Shown: positions 1 to 13,600, counted from the first letter of the whole stretch. The stretch is 63,994 nt of DNA, filler included, from Choristocarpus tenellus KU-1152 (GCA_964200185.2; 9 parts of 9 records of this genome joined end to end with filler, not necessarily neighbours in it); one strand, 5' to 3'. Program-made: numbers and translations. The notes: generated by a model from the letters alone, not told the origin.

Positions 1-155
1 GGGGGGTTGGTGAGGGGGCATCTGTTTCGGTCAAACAACGTTTTTTTTGCTGACATTTCAAATCCGACGCGTGCGACCAAATCACACCAAAAAAGGGAAA
101 ATCGAAAAAAGGGTGAAAAACAGAGGCCGACACCCCCCCCCAGATGCTTTGACCC
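1..155. mobile_element. Diverged, left-truncated copy of MITE family A
   Basis: Ends in CCCCCCAGATGCTTTGACCC, the reverse complement of the family terminus G(G/A)NNCAAAGTATCTGGGG. Internal ATCCGAC..GC.ACCAAATCAC matches the copies at 46508 and 52469. Confidence 0.7.
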
Positions 156-349
156 TAATCTCAACTGTCACCCTCTTCTCGTTGAAACTAGGTGAGTAGT
201 GTTTTTCCTGGTTTGGTGTGTTGTGTGTGTGTGTTCAAAACCACATTCAAGCGCGCAACACGCAGAAGGTAATTTTCGCACGATTGTTCGATTGAGGTAC
301 CAACTGTAGATTAGGTATTTACACACATCTACCTCATCTCACATCCTCA

Positions 350-3015
350 ATGTCGGCTCACCTTGCAGGGGATCTGACGTATGCTCAGGTTATCATACCC
401 GTCTTGTGCTTTCCATTGTGTGTAGCTTATCAGGCCTGGGAGTTCAGGCAAGACAAAGGCGCAAGAGCGTTCTTCAAGCGCGTCCGAGAGGGCTGGATTG
501 ATGTGAGCAGCTATGTATCGATTGTGGTGTCGAACATAATGCATCATTGCTCGACCACGGTGCCACGTAAACAGGCGTAATTTAGGAAATTAACAGGCCC
601 GGTCGTTTGCATGTGACACGGCTGTTGCACCCCACAAGCTCATCCAGAATATGGCCTCAACTATCGTTTCTTGCACCTTTCCCAGGAGAATACGCTGAAG
701 GGTCAGCAAGCGGTCAACACGACCCGAGATTATATCCGCGCTTCTGTTTTCTTCGCAAACACTGCGATCCTCCTCTCTACCTTCGTGGCGAGCTATGCAG
801 GTCTGGACTTTTGAGGGTGACCCAGATATACCTCCATTGCTAAAATCCGAGCGCTATAACCCCTTCCGTGCGGGTGTTGTACGGGGTCGCATGGAGTGTT
901 CGAAAAATAGTTGTTTTGAATGCATTCTTTCGCATGGAACGCATGAGAGAAGTTTGTCCCTCTGTCGTTATGGATTTCATTGGAGAGCAAGCAACCTGCA
1001 TCCGACCTAGTACATTGTTGCCAGCTTCTGCCTCGTACAACTGTACAGCCGCCTTCCACCTTTGGTGGTGGGGCACTGAGACGCCCTGACTAGTACACTG
1101 TGTTCGAAGGAAACTGTTCCTGTCAAGATGACCAGGATTTCAAGAGTAGCATGAATGGAGCTCTACAAGATCCTCGATACATGCATTTTCAGGGCCAATC
1201 CTTTGGCATTGAGATACCTGAAATAGAATAACTTGCTAACCAAATACTCTCCAGTGTCGTCTCATACTACTACCGTCTTGAAACTAGAGATGCCCCATTG
1301 CAGTGTCATATCAGGACGTCAAATTCTGCGCGTTTCGTTCTGGTAGTGATTGGGTAGGTGTTAATACACCACGTAATTTCAGAGCAACCACGTGGTTTGG
1401 CTACGTTCCCACTCAATACCTTATTGAAGCCCCTTGGACACTTGTGGCCTAACCAATTCCAGTCCCTCTACTGTTCCTCCTCTCCACAGCAACTCGCTAC
1501 TCTGCTTGTGCCGAGGACAGTTGCTCTCACCAGGAATGGCTATTGATTGTGAAGTTGGGCTTGCTTGTGGTGGTCCTGATGACTCTCTTTTTCGTCTTCA
1601 CACAATGTACTCGCTTTGCAGTACACTTCAGCTTCCTCATCAACACCAGAGGTGAATGCTCGTTGTTGTTCAATCGCCTTCCTTATACGAGGGAGTGTGT
1701 GTGTGTGTGTGTGTGTGACATATATATGGTGTACCTTGCTGATGACATGTAAAGGTGTACCTCAGTCTTGAGAAGGAAAGAAAACGCCATGATGTTTTGA
1801 CATGTGTGTGTAAAGCCTGTTTTTTCCCACAATCTTTCCAACCCGTCAAATAGCTAAATCCAATAGTTGAATCTATTTCCTCTTGGTCCTCTTCTTTGTA
1901 TCTATATAGCACAATACTTGTTAAGAGATAGGATACTGGTATGATCGCAGAGGAAGCATCAGGATAATCCTACGTTCTAACTTAGGAAATAAAAAAAAAT
2001 CAACTGTGCTTTTTTCCCCTCTTGATTGACTGCTCCACTCTTCCCAAGATATTGAACAACTCAATATGATCCGGCTTGACCCTCCCCATACTACCTCTCT
2101 TCTTTCACCCACCTTACAATAACACCTTACAATAGCACGATTAACTGCTCTCACTGGTGGCCCTTTCATACTCACTCACATCTCTCCCACTATTTTCAAA
2201 CGTTTTCAACACTAGTAGATCGCCATCTCTCTTCTTCCATTGTGTTGCACTATCAATACCAACAGTTACATATTTGAACTCATCGTTGTGGAGCATTAAC
2301 CCCAACCCTAACGCTTTTCCAAACAGAATACACAAACGGAGGAGAGACCATGGGAGACCTTTGTTACCTTTGTTGTTCTACATCTATCCAACTCCAACAC
2401 AAGTCCGCCGAAAAAAGCGATTCAGTTCTTTTTTTCCCCTTCCGTGTTCCCCATCATTGTTAAACTCTCTTGCGCGGATATTGTTCCCTAACCCTGGCCC
2501 TAACCTTAACCCTAACTCAATGCCTTTCTTCCCCAACACTACCATTTAGTCTCAGGTAGGGTTATCGTAATTTCCAGATGTACACTCTATCGAACACAGG
2601 TCAATTATCGTTTCCTTCGGTCTACCCCAACCCTAACCCTAACCCTACATAATCAGAGTACGTGTCTCATCTCCCTCTCCCCCTCTCCCCCTCTCCTTCC
2701 TACTCTGTTCCTCTCCAAGTAGATTCCACTTGACGAGTATGGTTCCAATGATGACTTGTTGTCCACACTCCTCACTGCTTTTAGCCCCCTGCATTTTGCT
2801 GCCTTGTGTACATGCTTTGCTCTTTAACATTTTGTCAAACTTTGCTCCTTACCCTTTTATCACACTTTGCTCGTTACCCTTTTGTCATATTTAACTCTTT
2901 ACTCGAGTAGCGGTTGGGGGACGGCCACTGCCAAAGAGTCTGATGCTGAAGGTGTTCAATAGGTCTCACAGGCATTACAGCATGGGGATTAGGCTCTACT
3001 TTGGTACTGTGCCAG
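350..3015 (+). CDS. DUF599-family multi-pass membrane protein, 3' partial. Exons 350/369-502, 686-800, 1490-1651, 2911-3015
   Basis: Phase-consistent GT-AG exons give DLTYAQVIIPVLCFPLCVAYQAWEF...RVREGWID/ENTLKGQQAVNTTRDYIRASVFFANTAILLSTF.../KLGLLVVVLMTLFFVFTQCTRFAVHFSFLIN.../KVFNRSHRHYSMGIRLYFGTVP. These follow the DUF599 motif order R..W, AVQTLRN..AS..A.TAILL, K..L..F..F.Q..R...H..FLIN, S.G.R.YF..P. The last exon lies beyond the gap. Confidence 0.85.
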
Positions 3016-3050
3016 GTACATGTACATGTACATCACATGCCTTACCCTCA

Positions 3051-3084
<34 letters not shown>

Positions 3085-3164
3085 AGATATGTGGTGTGTG
3101 TTTTTTTGTTTTTTTTTTTTTTTTTTTTTTTTGTTTTAAATAAATTTTATTTTCTTTTTTTTTT

Positions 3165-3263
3165 NNNNNNNNNNNNNNNNNNNNNNNNNNNNNNNNNNNN
3201 NNNNNNNNTTAATTAATTAANNNNNNNNNNNNNNNNNNNNNNNNNNNNNNNNNNNNNNNNNNN
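3165..3263. other. Artificial contig linker (N-run, TTAATTAATTAA, N-run). Also at 7471-7570, 33349-33448, 39603-39702, 48080-48179, 52640-52739, 58182-58281, 61379-61478
   Basis: The same ~100-nt construct occurs eight times. The central 12-mer is palindromic with stops in all six frames. Confidence 0.97.
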
Positions 3264-3295
3264 NCCCCCCCCCCCCTTCTTCGCGGTTGTTTCGT

Positions 3296-3338
<43 letters not shown>

Positions 3339-4231
3339 CATGCGTATGCAATAGAGTTGTGTTTTGTTGAAGGTAGGTGTTACTGGTAAGGCCGATTAGC
3401 TGTGTGTTACCTTTCTGATTGTTGATAACAGTATGTAACTCTTGAACACTCTTTCTGGTATTAGTTGTATTATGTTATTGTGATTTAGATTGTAGTTGTA
3501 TTAGTTTATTGTTCTTTAGATTGAGATGTATTATGTTATTGTTCTTTTTAGATTGAGATGCTGCTGTGTTTGTTGTTGAGTGTGAATATGTTGAGATACT
3601 GCTGTGTATATTTTTTGCACCACCGGAGGAAGATCCAGTCTCGTGGCGTCAATGTTTATCGTAGGCTCCTTGCTTTGCTCACCTGTGTGTTCTTCTTGAC
3701 TGCGTCCATTCCCATCTATGTTTGCATTTACTATAAAAAATAAAATCTAAAAAAAGTGGTTAAAGGACGTTTAGTGTTGTTAATAGTAGTGATTGCAATC
3801 AAAGATTATTGACAATGAAAATGAAAGGGATGATTGGATTGATTCGCCTTGGTTATTCCTCATGTGTATTCCTCATGTGTATGGACGCTGTGTGCTCTGC
3901 TTTCAATTCTGATTAGAGTACCTCTGATACATACATAAATATATATATATTTGAGCTGATTTAGTTTTTTTTATTACTCATTGTTGCCTTTTGATCCTTA
4001 ACACTTGGGGAGGTTACAGAGGAACTCGTGGTTAATTAAAAAAAATTAGATGTTTGTAAATATATTTTTAAAACTTTTCTCTGTTTGCCTATTGATAACC
4101 ATTACGTAAAACTATTCTTACTTTGTTCAATGAATGTACTAGTGATTGTATGTAGTATACATAACGATAATGATGCCTTTTTTTTAACAATATAATAATA
4201 TAAAAATATATATGTATGTATGTTTTTGCAG

Positions 4232-7221
4232 GGTTTTGAGGATATGGACGAGACGTTTGTGAGGAACGTTGCAAGGTTGGGATCTAGGTTCAAGGGTACT
4301 GAGCTAGGGGGGAAGATGAAGGGTCTGGCTGGAGAAGACGAGGAAGAAGAGGTATGGTGATTTTTTTTTCCTGCTCTAGTTGGAAGGCGTGTGCCCCCTT
4401 GGTGTAAAATTGAAGATTTTATTTTGATACTCCAGTTTTTTTATTTTGGTGTAACAGTGGTTAGGGTTACATTGTAACATCTGTAACCCTTGTCCTGTCT
4501 GTGTTTGGTGTTACTTAAAGATTTTTTTTAGTTAGGATTAGGGTTAGGGTTAGGGTTATGTTTCAAAGATCTGGTGTTTATTTGAGTTTAATATAGTATT
4601 AAAAAAAAATAGCATCGTCTACGGTGGAATGAACAGAGTAGTCTATAGGTTGCAATGTCAATAGTATTATTAATGAAAATAGTATTGATATAAATGATCA
4701 ATACTAATAGTATCGATATACATTAACAATATAAATAGTATCGATATACATTATCAATAATAATAGTATCGATATACATTAACAATAATAATAGTATCGA
4801 TATTCATTAACAATATAAATAGTATCGATATACATTATCAATAATAATAGTATCGATATACATTAACAATAATAATAGTATCGATATTCATTAACAATAT
4901 AAATAGTATCGATATACTAATGAAAGGAACAGTCAACGGCATCTCTTGCAATGCTAATCTCTTTTGTGTATTCTGTTCAACGTTAATTCGATTCAATGTT
5001 AATTCAATTCAATGTCAATTCAATTCAACAGCAATACAGTGATACAGCGATACATTGAATAATATTTATTATTATTATGGTGCAGTATTTTAGTATATAC
5101 TACTATGTCACCCTATTGTTGTCTTTAAAAGCACACAGAGGTTGCTCCTTTGGGAGGTACTAAGGAGGTATTAAGGAGGTACTAAGGTACTAAGGACAGA
5201 GAGCAGTTTGTGAGTTTTGCGCTTGCTTTTCTAGATGTAGACACCTGATTATTGGAACTACAATTTTTTTTTCATTAATTTTTCTTTGGTGTCCCTGGGT
5301 GGGGCTGGGTTGGCGTGGTGATTGTTGTACCCTAAAATGTCACAACTGCGAGGTGATGTGCACATATATTTTTTTAATCTATAGGTATTCATTGAATCAC
5401 TCTGATGGTAAGAGTTGTTAGGTACTTCTTGGTCTGTTTCTAACTAAAATCCAGTATTTTGAAGTTGGATTTTAGTTTGGCTTTTTACTTCGTGTTTTTA
5501 TTTTCTACAGTATCTTTTTTTTTAGTTACTGGGTGTCACCTTTGTTGACGAGCGCGATCTGATTGTGATTGGTCAATTGAAGTACCTAGGCCCATGATCT
5601 GATTGTGATTGGTCAATTGAAGTACCTAGGCCCATGATCTGATTGTGATTGGTCAATTGAAGTACCTAGGCCCATACATACACCGTGTGGTAAGGGGTGA
5701 TAGAGGTGACAGGCCGGGTTAAGAATGGGTAGATCAAGACTTTGATTTGAAGTCCCTGGTGAGAGGTGCTCTGGGGATGCAATAGTGGACATGTGTAGTG
5801 GACATGTATAGTGGACATGTGTAGTGGACATGTATAGTGGCAAGCCAAAAGAAAAGATGTTAGTTGTGGTGAGGAAGTAAAGGGGTAACTGCTGGGTGTA
5901 GGTTGTGGTCCAAGGCACTAGTATCCTTTTTGGGCACTATGATTCTTCCACAGCGTTGGGGTGTTGACTACAGATGTTGCAGGTATACCTTTTTGGTGTA
6001 AAATGTTTCAACAACTTGATGCATCAACTTGCTTTGGACTTACACTTTGATGCAGGAGCCCCTGCAGCTACCTGCCTTTGAGCAGGTTTGTGATTTTTTT
6101 TTGGGATGTACGAGTGTGGGGGGTAGTTACGTGACAAGTAGGGTGAGTGTCAACATCACTGGGTTTTTCCAACAATGCCAACAATGAAATGAAACAAGTC
6201 CTTGGTAATGGAACCCAATGGGCACAGTCATCAATTCAATACGCTTGACTTGACTTGACTTGACTTGACTTGACTTGACTTGACCGTTCATGAAGGGTAC
6301 ATCCAGAGTGCTTTTATTTCTAAGTCCTGATATCTTTTCTTTTTTTTTTAATTGTCAATTGGGACATGATCGGGACATGTTTGGGACGGAAGGAAGACTG
6401 TTACGTTCCTGTGCTTTGAAGTGCTTACAGATTGGTGTTAGAAATAGATAGTAAATGTCCAAATCAACCCTATAAATCGGAACAGAGGCAGTATTATATT
6501 TTCTTCCAACATAAAAAAAAAAATCTCTTCAAATGTACCTCCAGAGCTGAAAGGAAAGGGGGGCTGTGGTATCACAATAGGTACTTAAAGGTAGTTACAA
6601 ATATCCACCTCTTCATGCGTACCAATTGATAGGTAGGTAGAGACTGGTAACTTTTCTTGGAATGGCAATTGTTGTATTCAGGTGCTTCCAAACCCTAACC
6701 CTAACCCTGACTTCAAATCTCAGTGTGAGTAAAGTGTCAATATTTGTGAAGACCAATATATATTTACCAATAAAAATGCTATTAATCAGAGAACAGACAG
6801 GTCAATGTTATCTTACTCTATGTACCGATTCAACACCACAGCTTTTGAGGGAATAAGATGTCTATTTTTATTATTTTGTTGCAGGAAGTATTTCTTATTT
6901 GGGACATCTCTCATACATGATAGTTCCACGAAGGCCACATTATAACCAAGATAAACATTATCATGACAAGATAGACATTATCTTGACAAGATAGACATTG
7001 CGATAAGATCAACATTATCATGACAAGATAAACATTATTGTGACAAGATAAACATTATCATGACTTTATATACATATACCTCAATACATACAAATCTGTT
7101 TCTAGGTTGACATGCGCATGTTCCAGCGTCCAGAAGATAGGCTAACAGAGAGGGCGGCAGCAGACCGACAACGTGCTAAGGCATTGGCAGAGCATAAACG
7201 ACATTCTGCAGCCATATCAAG
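4232..7221 (+). CDS. CWF19L2: CWF19-like protein 2 (CwfJ family) internal fragment. Exons 4232-4351 and 7106-7221
   Basis: tttttgcag|GFEDMDETFVRNVARLGSRFKGTELGGKMKGLAGEDEEEE|gtatgg splices in phase to tctag|VDMRMFQRPEDRLTERAAADRQRAKALAEHKRHSAAISR. This matches the DMD..F..N..R...K and R.RAIAEH.R segments that precede the CwfJ C-terminal domains. Confidence 0.75.
4678..4916. repeat. AT-rich minisatellite, ~28-29 bp unit AATAGTATCGATAT(A/T)CATT(A)(A/T)CAATA(A)T, ~8 copies
   Basis: Direct inspection; the units carry the palindrome ATCGAT. Confidence 0.9.
5556..5675. repeat. Perfect 40-bp tandem repeat x3 (GATCTGATTGTGATTGGTCAATTGAAGTACCTAGGCCCAT)
   Basis: Units start at 5556, 5596 and 5636. 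Confidence 0.95.
6948..7063. repeat. ~20-bp tandem repeat (GACAAGATA(A/G)ACATTATCAT), ~6 copies
   Basis: Direct inspection; intronic, just upstream of the 7106 acceptor. Confidence 0.85.
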
Positions 7222-7603
7222 GTGTTGGAAAACCATCCACTCCCCCCTTCCCCCTGTAGTTGTTTCTTTAGTAGAATGGGTTAGGTTATTTCTGTGCTTG
7301 TCCTGTGAAGAGTTAGGTTTGGGTTATAGGTTTAGCCTGCAGTTCACCTTCCTTGTTTCTCCCCACGGCACAGAGTGATCAGGGGAGTGATCAAAACATA
7401 ATTTGAAATAGCCTTGGGGTGGTGTTGGCCATCCATGTTTTTTTTTGCTATTTCAGTATTAGTTGTGTTANNNNNNNNNNNNNNNNNNNNNNNNNNNNNN
7501 NNNNNNNNNNNNNNTTAATTAATTAANNNNNNNNNNNNNNNNNNNNNNNNNNNNNNNNNNNNNNNNNNNNCCGCCCCGCCCCGCCCCCTCTTGACTGAGG
7601 TAG

Positions 7604-10600
7604 GCGCCAGAGTAGTACTGGTCGATGGGAAGGCGATTCGAGTGTAGGTGGAACAGAAGAGATGGATGAGCAGAACGTGCTTCCTCCTGAGACGGAGGTG
7701 GGTGATTGATTACTAGTTGTGGACAATGTCGTAGGAGGGAGGGAGGGCCATGGTAGTGATAGTGCGTGAATGGTGTGAAGAATGTTCTCACAAACTGCAG
7801 AGTGTTCTTTTCTCAACATATTGTGTTTCAAGTGTATGTTGAGGTTGTTAATAGCTCTTCTTTTTTTTTGGTAGGTGGGGGGGGGGGGGGGGGGTACTGT
7901 GTGGGTATGATGCAAGTGAGGGGGTGATGGAACTGATGGAATAAGAGTGTGGGATTTGTTATTTTTTATGATTTTTGAAAAACAATACTGTACTTGAACA
8001 TATGTTTTTATTGTTTCTGAATGCCCCAGCTGTTATTTTTTATTGTTATTATGTCGTAGAAACCAGCCTTTTTTATTTTCTCTGAGGCTTGTGTACCAAG
8101 GGGCTACAGTACCATGTACCTTTATCCTTACCACAGATGCCCCCTTGTGTTTTGCCTCAAGTAGGTGGTGCAGCGAACCATGGCTACGCTGGTCACCCTC
8201 ACTCTACATGAGCCCACGCTGCTTGATGTCATACTCACCTTTCCGGATCTGGGCTCGACCTTGGAGTTCTCTCTTTTGAGAACACCAGAGGAGATGGTGC
8301 AGAAGGAAGTGGCACAAGGCGTGCTCCAAATGGCCCTCAGACTTAGACAATCAGCCCAGGTGTGGTAACCAGTGCCAAAAACAGTCCTCCAAAGGACTGC
8401 AGGTACCCTCACCACCAAGAGCTGTACAAAGTTCATTGCAGACTGAACTGAACTGATTTGAACTGAACTGAGGCCGTTTAGTCGCGCTCAGGCAACATTT
8501 TATTTTTTTTATTGGTTTCCGATTGTGGTTATTATTGGTTGTTATTGGTATAACCCACATACCAGATTGGCATGAGCACCTGGTGTAGAGAGGGCCAGCA
8601 ACTTAGAAGGGGGTTTTTGTTTTTTATTTTCTGGATGACTTCCGTTGGTTTGGACCCCCGATCTACACCATACTCTCTTTTTATTGAGAACAGCAATACT
8701 TCAAAATATGAAAATATACTACTGCAGATGAGGGGGGGGGGAGGGGCAGGAGTGGTATGTGGCAGGTGACAGTTTCATATATTCAGTGCTCTGCGTCTGG
8801 CAATACCCTACTACTACACGATAATATTTGTATGTATAGGGTAAGAGTAGGGTCTCTGTGCAAAGGATATGTTCCAAGGGCAGGAAACCAAACCAGTAGT
8901 GTGTTCGTCTTGGATGTAGGCATTGTAAAACACTAACACTAAAAGTATTAGTACAGAGGATATGTTGTGTCTTGTGAACTATCTATCTACAACCCTGTTG
9001 TCTTGCTTGTGGAGGAACACTCACATCCTTTTCTCGTCTGACTGCTGAAAAACTATCACTTTAATCTAATCCTCAGGAGGATCCGGTACAGGTCTTCCTG
9101 CGTCTTCTTTTGGATCTGTTGCCTGTGGTGAGATTAGTGATTCGATCTTCGGTGATCAGTGCTAGAGTGTGCTGGGAAACCTAGAGGGGTGTTCATGGCA
9201 TGTATCTCTGTTCAAGAGGGTTAGAACCATTTCAGTCACACATCTGTGACATGGTGTTGGTGTAAGAAAGAGGAAGGGTGGGTTACTTTGTGGAGTCCAT
9301 GGAGTTAAATGTGTGGAGAGCTCATTGCGTGTGTGCGTGTGTGTGTGTGTGTTGTGCCCTGAATTCTGGTCTCCAAGGTGTGTGTGTGTAGTGAATACGG
9401 GGGAAAAGTAAAATAAATAAAATGCAGGGCATGAATCGATCTTGAACAAAGGAGACTTGTACTCACCACAGGATAGAGGATAGAGGATGAAAGCACTGAA
9501 TTTTTACTGCATGGCAACTCTGCATTCCCTTCCTCAGACAGTTAGTTTCTCCTTGATCCCCTCCCTTTTTTTTTTTTAATTGGTATATTACAAGTATGTT
9601 AATTTGTTCTGCTAATGTATTTATTGCAAGGGAGTGACTGTATATTAAAAACAAGCTCGTTCCAGTTCGTTTGTTGATGCTTTTCCTTTTCAAATATTAA
9701 TATTTTGTGCCCTTGATGTTGAAGGTGGATGACTTTCAGGACCGGTGCAGTTGTTATTTCTGGCTGGTAGCGTGTCTGGTACAAGAGAACAATGCCCTCG
9801 AAGTCCCCCACCATGCCCAGCTGTGCCTGGATCTAGCGGAGCTCATTGTTGCCAGGTGGGCTCTGGTGAATTAAGATTTCTAGCTCCGGTGTGTGAGTCT
9901 GATGGCTTTAGTCTACAGTAGTACAGTTTAGTCTACAGTAGTACAGTTTAGTCTACAGTAGTACAGTTTAGTCTACAGTAGTACACTAGAAAATTCTTCG
10001 GCCTTTTTTGTGTCTGGTGGTATTGGGGCCATGTTAAGAGAGGTGACTATTTTAAGGTTGCAGGTGAAGAATTATCCAATGTTGTGGTGATCCTCATTGC
10101 TGCAGGTTAATTGTAGTACACTGGGGTGTGCTTGGGTGCTACAGAATTGTTGACTATTTAACTATTTAAAGTGTTACTTGTCCTGTGCTGTTATGTTATG
10201 TCAAGAACCCGTTTCATTGGATGGATACTAACTTTTCTGACCCCTTGTACGCCAAACAGCCAATCAAAGCACAAGAAAGTGCCACTACTACTACTATTAT
10301 TATTATTATTGTTGTTGTTGTTGTTGTTGTTAGTGATTGCAAGAGTCCATGGTTAAACTGCATCCGTGCACAGTCAGTTGACAGTTTCAAAGGTTAGGAT
10401 TAGGTTCAGTCCCTATGTCTTGCAACATGTGCATCCCCAGAGCTTGCTCCCCCTGTGTATTATGTAGATAGATACACACATCAATGCCCCCTTACTTTGG
10501 TCACCCTTATTATTATTATTGATATTATTGTTCAGGCCTGTGGTGGAACAATCAGACACCGACAAAGATATGGTTCTGTTGGGGTACATGAAAGTCCTTT

Positions 10601-13600
10601 GCAGTGCTTTGGGTGCCTTGCCCCCCACCTTGGAGGGGAAGGTGAAGGCAAAGGCTGGGGGCAATACGACAAGCGGGGGGCGTGGTCTGGTCAACGATCT
10701 GTTCAAACAGTGCCTCTTCACTCTCCCTCATGTGCCAGCAAACCCGGCGGAGGGTACATGGGGGGAAGGCAATGACAACGAGGTGACTGCTTGGTTCCGT
10801 TGCCTGGCAATTGAATAGGCAATGACAAAAAGAAATCTCCCCCCAGCCTGTCTCTTTCATATTAATTCATATTAATTGAATAGGTATTTCGTATTGATTT
10901 GTGTACCCCGCTTTGCTTCTTGGAGATGGCTCCATGGTAGTGTGTCTACACCTTGGTACTTACTTTGGTACTTCGGTACTCACTTTGGTACTTACTTTGG
11001 TACTTACTTTGGTACTTACTTTGATACTTACTTTGATACTTACTTTGGTACTTACTTTGGTACTTACTTTGGTACTTACTTTGGTACTTGGGTGCGTTGT
11101 TGCGCTGTGGGGGGTAGACTTCCATGGTAGATGTTGGTAGATTTTGGTGTTGGTTTTGTCTCTGATTGATCGGTGGAGTCTTCCAATGGAGGGCAGATTG
11201 TAGAGGAAGGTATTGTCACTACAGATTGCACTCAAAGCGTGTCCACTCCGTTTGTGGTCCCATGTGTTTATGTTGGCTTTGAGGCGGTGATTTCTTTTCA
11301 AGGGAATCACTGCAACCGATCACTGTACTTTTAGAGGTGCTCTTGTGGTACCTATTGTGGTACCTCTTACATCCCCACAGGTTAGGGTTAGGGTTAGGGT
11401 TAGGGTTAGTTCTGATCCCTTCTCATTATTTTTTTTTGTTTCACAGGATGGCAATGTTCTCCTTCCCCCAAAGTGCAAGAACAGAGGCAGTCGAACTGTC
11501 GCCTTCAAGCTTTTGGCAGAACTCGCTAAAGGGTGTTCCACAAATCTACACCTGGTACGTGAAAACACTGTTGGGGGGGGGGAGGGGGGCCTAAGTAGTA
11601 TTTCCTTTCTACAGTATGATGGTTTTTCTTTGCTCAATGTTTTATTTTTGTTTTGAAACCAAGTGAGCATCATGAGTGCCCTCTTACAACCACATATATA
11701 TGTGTATACACACATAATACTTACTAGCAGTTTTACAATAATTTTGAAATTACTAATTGTATTTTTTTTTTGTATTGGTGCTCTGCTGCATTTTCTCCTG
11801 CTCCTCCATGGTCACGATGAATAGAAATGGAATATTTAGGATCATTAAAAGGAACATAACCTAAGAAGATAGCATGATCACGGGGGGGTTTCCGTTTTCT
11901 ATCTTTCCTACTTTGGTTATCATGAGTACTTTTCTGGGATATTTCTTGTTAAGATACACATGCACTGCTAGTACATACATGGAGTCCTGAGTGAGCCATG
12001 TGATGTATTGATGCAATTGATATAAACGAAAGGTTAAAGTTGTTTTAACATCAATTTAAAAATTAGCACCACACCGTGAGCAATGTAAAAGACTTGTAAC
12101 GTAATATTTTTTATTTTTTGCAACATAATATATTTTTATTTTCATAGTGAGGCCATTCCAATTTTGGGGGGGGGGCGCACTTGCTGAACACATGTCCCTA
12201 CCCCACCCCATTTAGGTAGGTACGTAGGTAGGTAGGTAGACCACCTTGCGCATTTGTGAGATTCATTTCATTTGTGCCCTGCAAGGCAAGCTTTCGTGAG
12301 AGATTGACCAAAGATGAGAAAGGAAAAAAATGTTTTTGAGGGGGTACAAAATTGCGTATATATATTTTTTTGAGTGGGATGTCTTGTCCTCGTGCATTCT
12401 TGCTGTGGATACTGTTGACATTTTCTTTTCTTTTTTTCTTTTTTGACACGTTCATAACTATTTTTATTTTATGACAATTTATGATAACTTATGACAACTT
12501 CGCCCCTAGTGAAATTTGCATCTACTTATCTTTTTTTTAGTAGTGACACAGTGCATTGGTTATGTCACTGTGGTGGTATCAAAGAGATAACGGTTACATT
12601 AATGCTAATTATTATTATTATTATTATATCCATCTTCTAGGCTCAAAATATTTTTTGTAGGCCATCCCTCAGTGGCCTAATATGTATGCCTTGAGTATGG
12701 GTTGGGACATTGAATGTGCTCATTGTCCCTCTCGATCTTGGCATGGCCCTCTGCTTAGTGCTACACAACCCTAACCCTCAACACGACAACGGTGTGCTTT
12801 ATCAAAATATTTTTTATATTTGTTGAGTACAGGTGACCCAGCTTGCAATGCCACACCATTCGATTTCATCAGACAGCAGCAGGAAGCTGGCAGTGGCGAA
12901 GGAGGTCAAGGAGGTGCCATTGTCTGGGTAGGTGTTTATATATATATATATAGGTAGGCGTTTGTGTGTAACTGCATACCGCACTCCCATCAAAGCCGAG
13001 CATGCACACTGTAGTCGTAAAATCCTCCTATTATTATTATTATTATTATTATTGTTATTTTCCTATTTTATGTATTTAATTCAAAGTAGTCAGTGTGGCG
13101 AAAAACAGTAATAATTGCTGTTGCAGTAGTAATAGTAATGTCAATGGTAATGTCAATGGTACCTGTAGTTTGGCTGTAGTGATGGTGTTGACGTGATTTG
13201 AACTGTGAAGTGTTTTTGAAAACCTTGAAAACCTTGAAGGAATGACAAATCAGCTCTCGCCAGTTCCATCTTAGTGTTTTGCTCTAGGAGAAATCAGTGA
13301 GCATGTAGATGTTTGTTGGGGTTGAATATCGTAGCGACTGATTTGTTGTATTGTTCTATTGCCTAGAATCATTATATATATATATTATTATATTATATAT
13401 AATAATTAACCGCTCATTCAGTTGGGGAAAAGAAACAGTTAAAGGGTCAGCCATTGAACCGAACTGTAGAAAGAGGTGATCGACCAGCACCAAACCTTAC
13501 AAAAAATTACTAGACCATACAGTGGTCCAGACTGGACCCTAACCCTAACCCAACTATCTGGCCTGGTGGAAAGCTCTCTGCTATTTTGAATTTACATGGC

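Noticed and set aside
3209-3220. Recurring TTAATTAATTAA palindrome as a biological motif
   Set aside because: Always centred in fixed-length N-runs; it is a synthetic linker.
5556-5675. 40-bp and 32-bp (63247-63343) perfect repeats as CRISPR arrays
   Set aside because: Units are head-to-tail with no unique spacers, no cas genes are present, and the context is eukaryotic.
10171-11310. Poly-Leu/Val, TYFG-repeat and STKV-repeat ORFs
   Set aside because: Translations of intronic micro- and minisatellites inside the USP gene.
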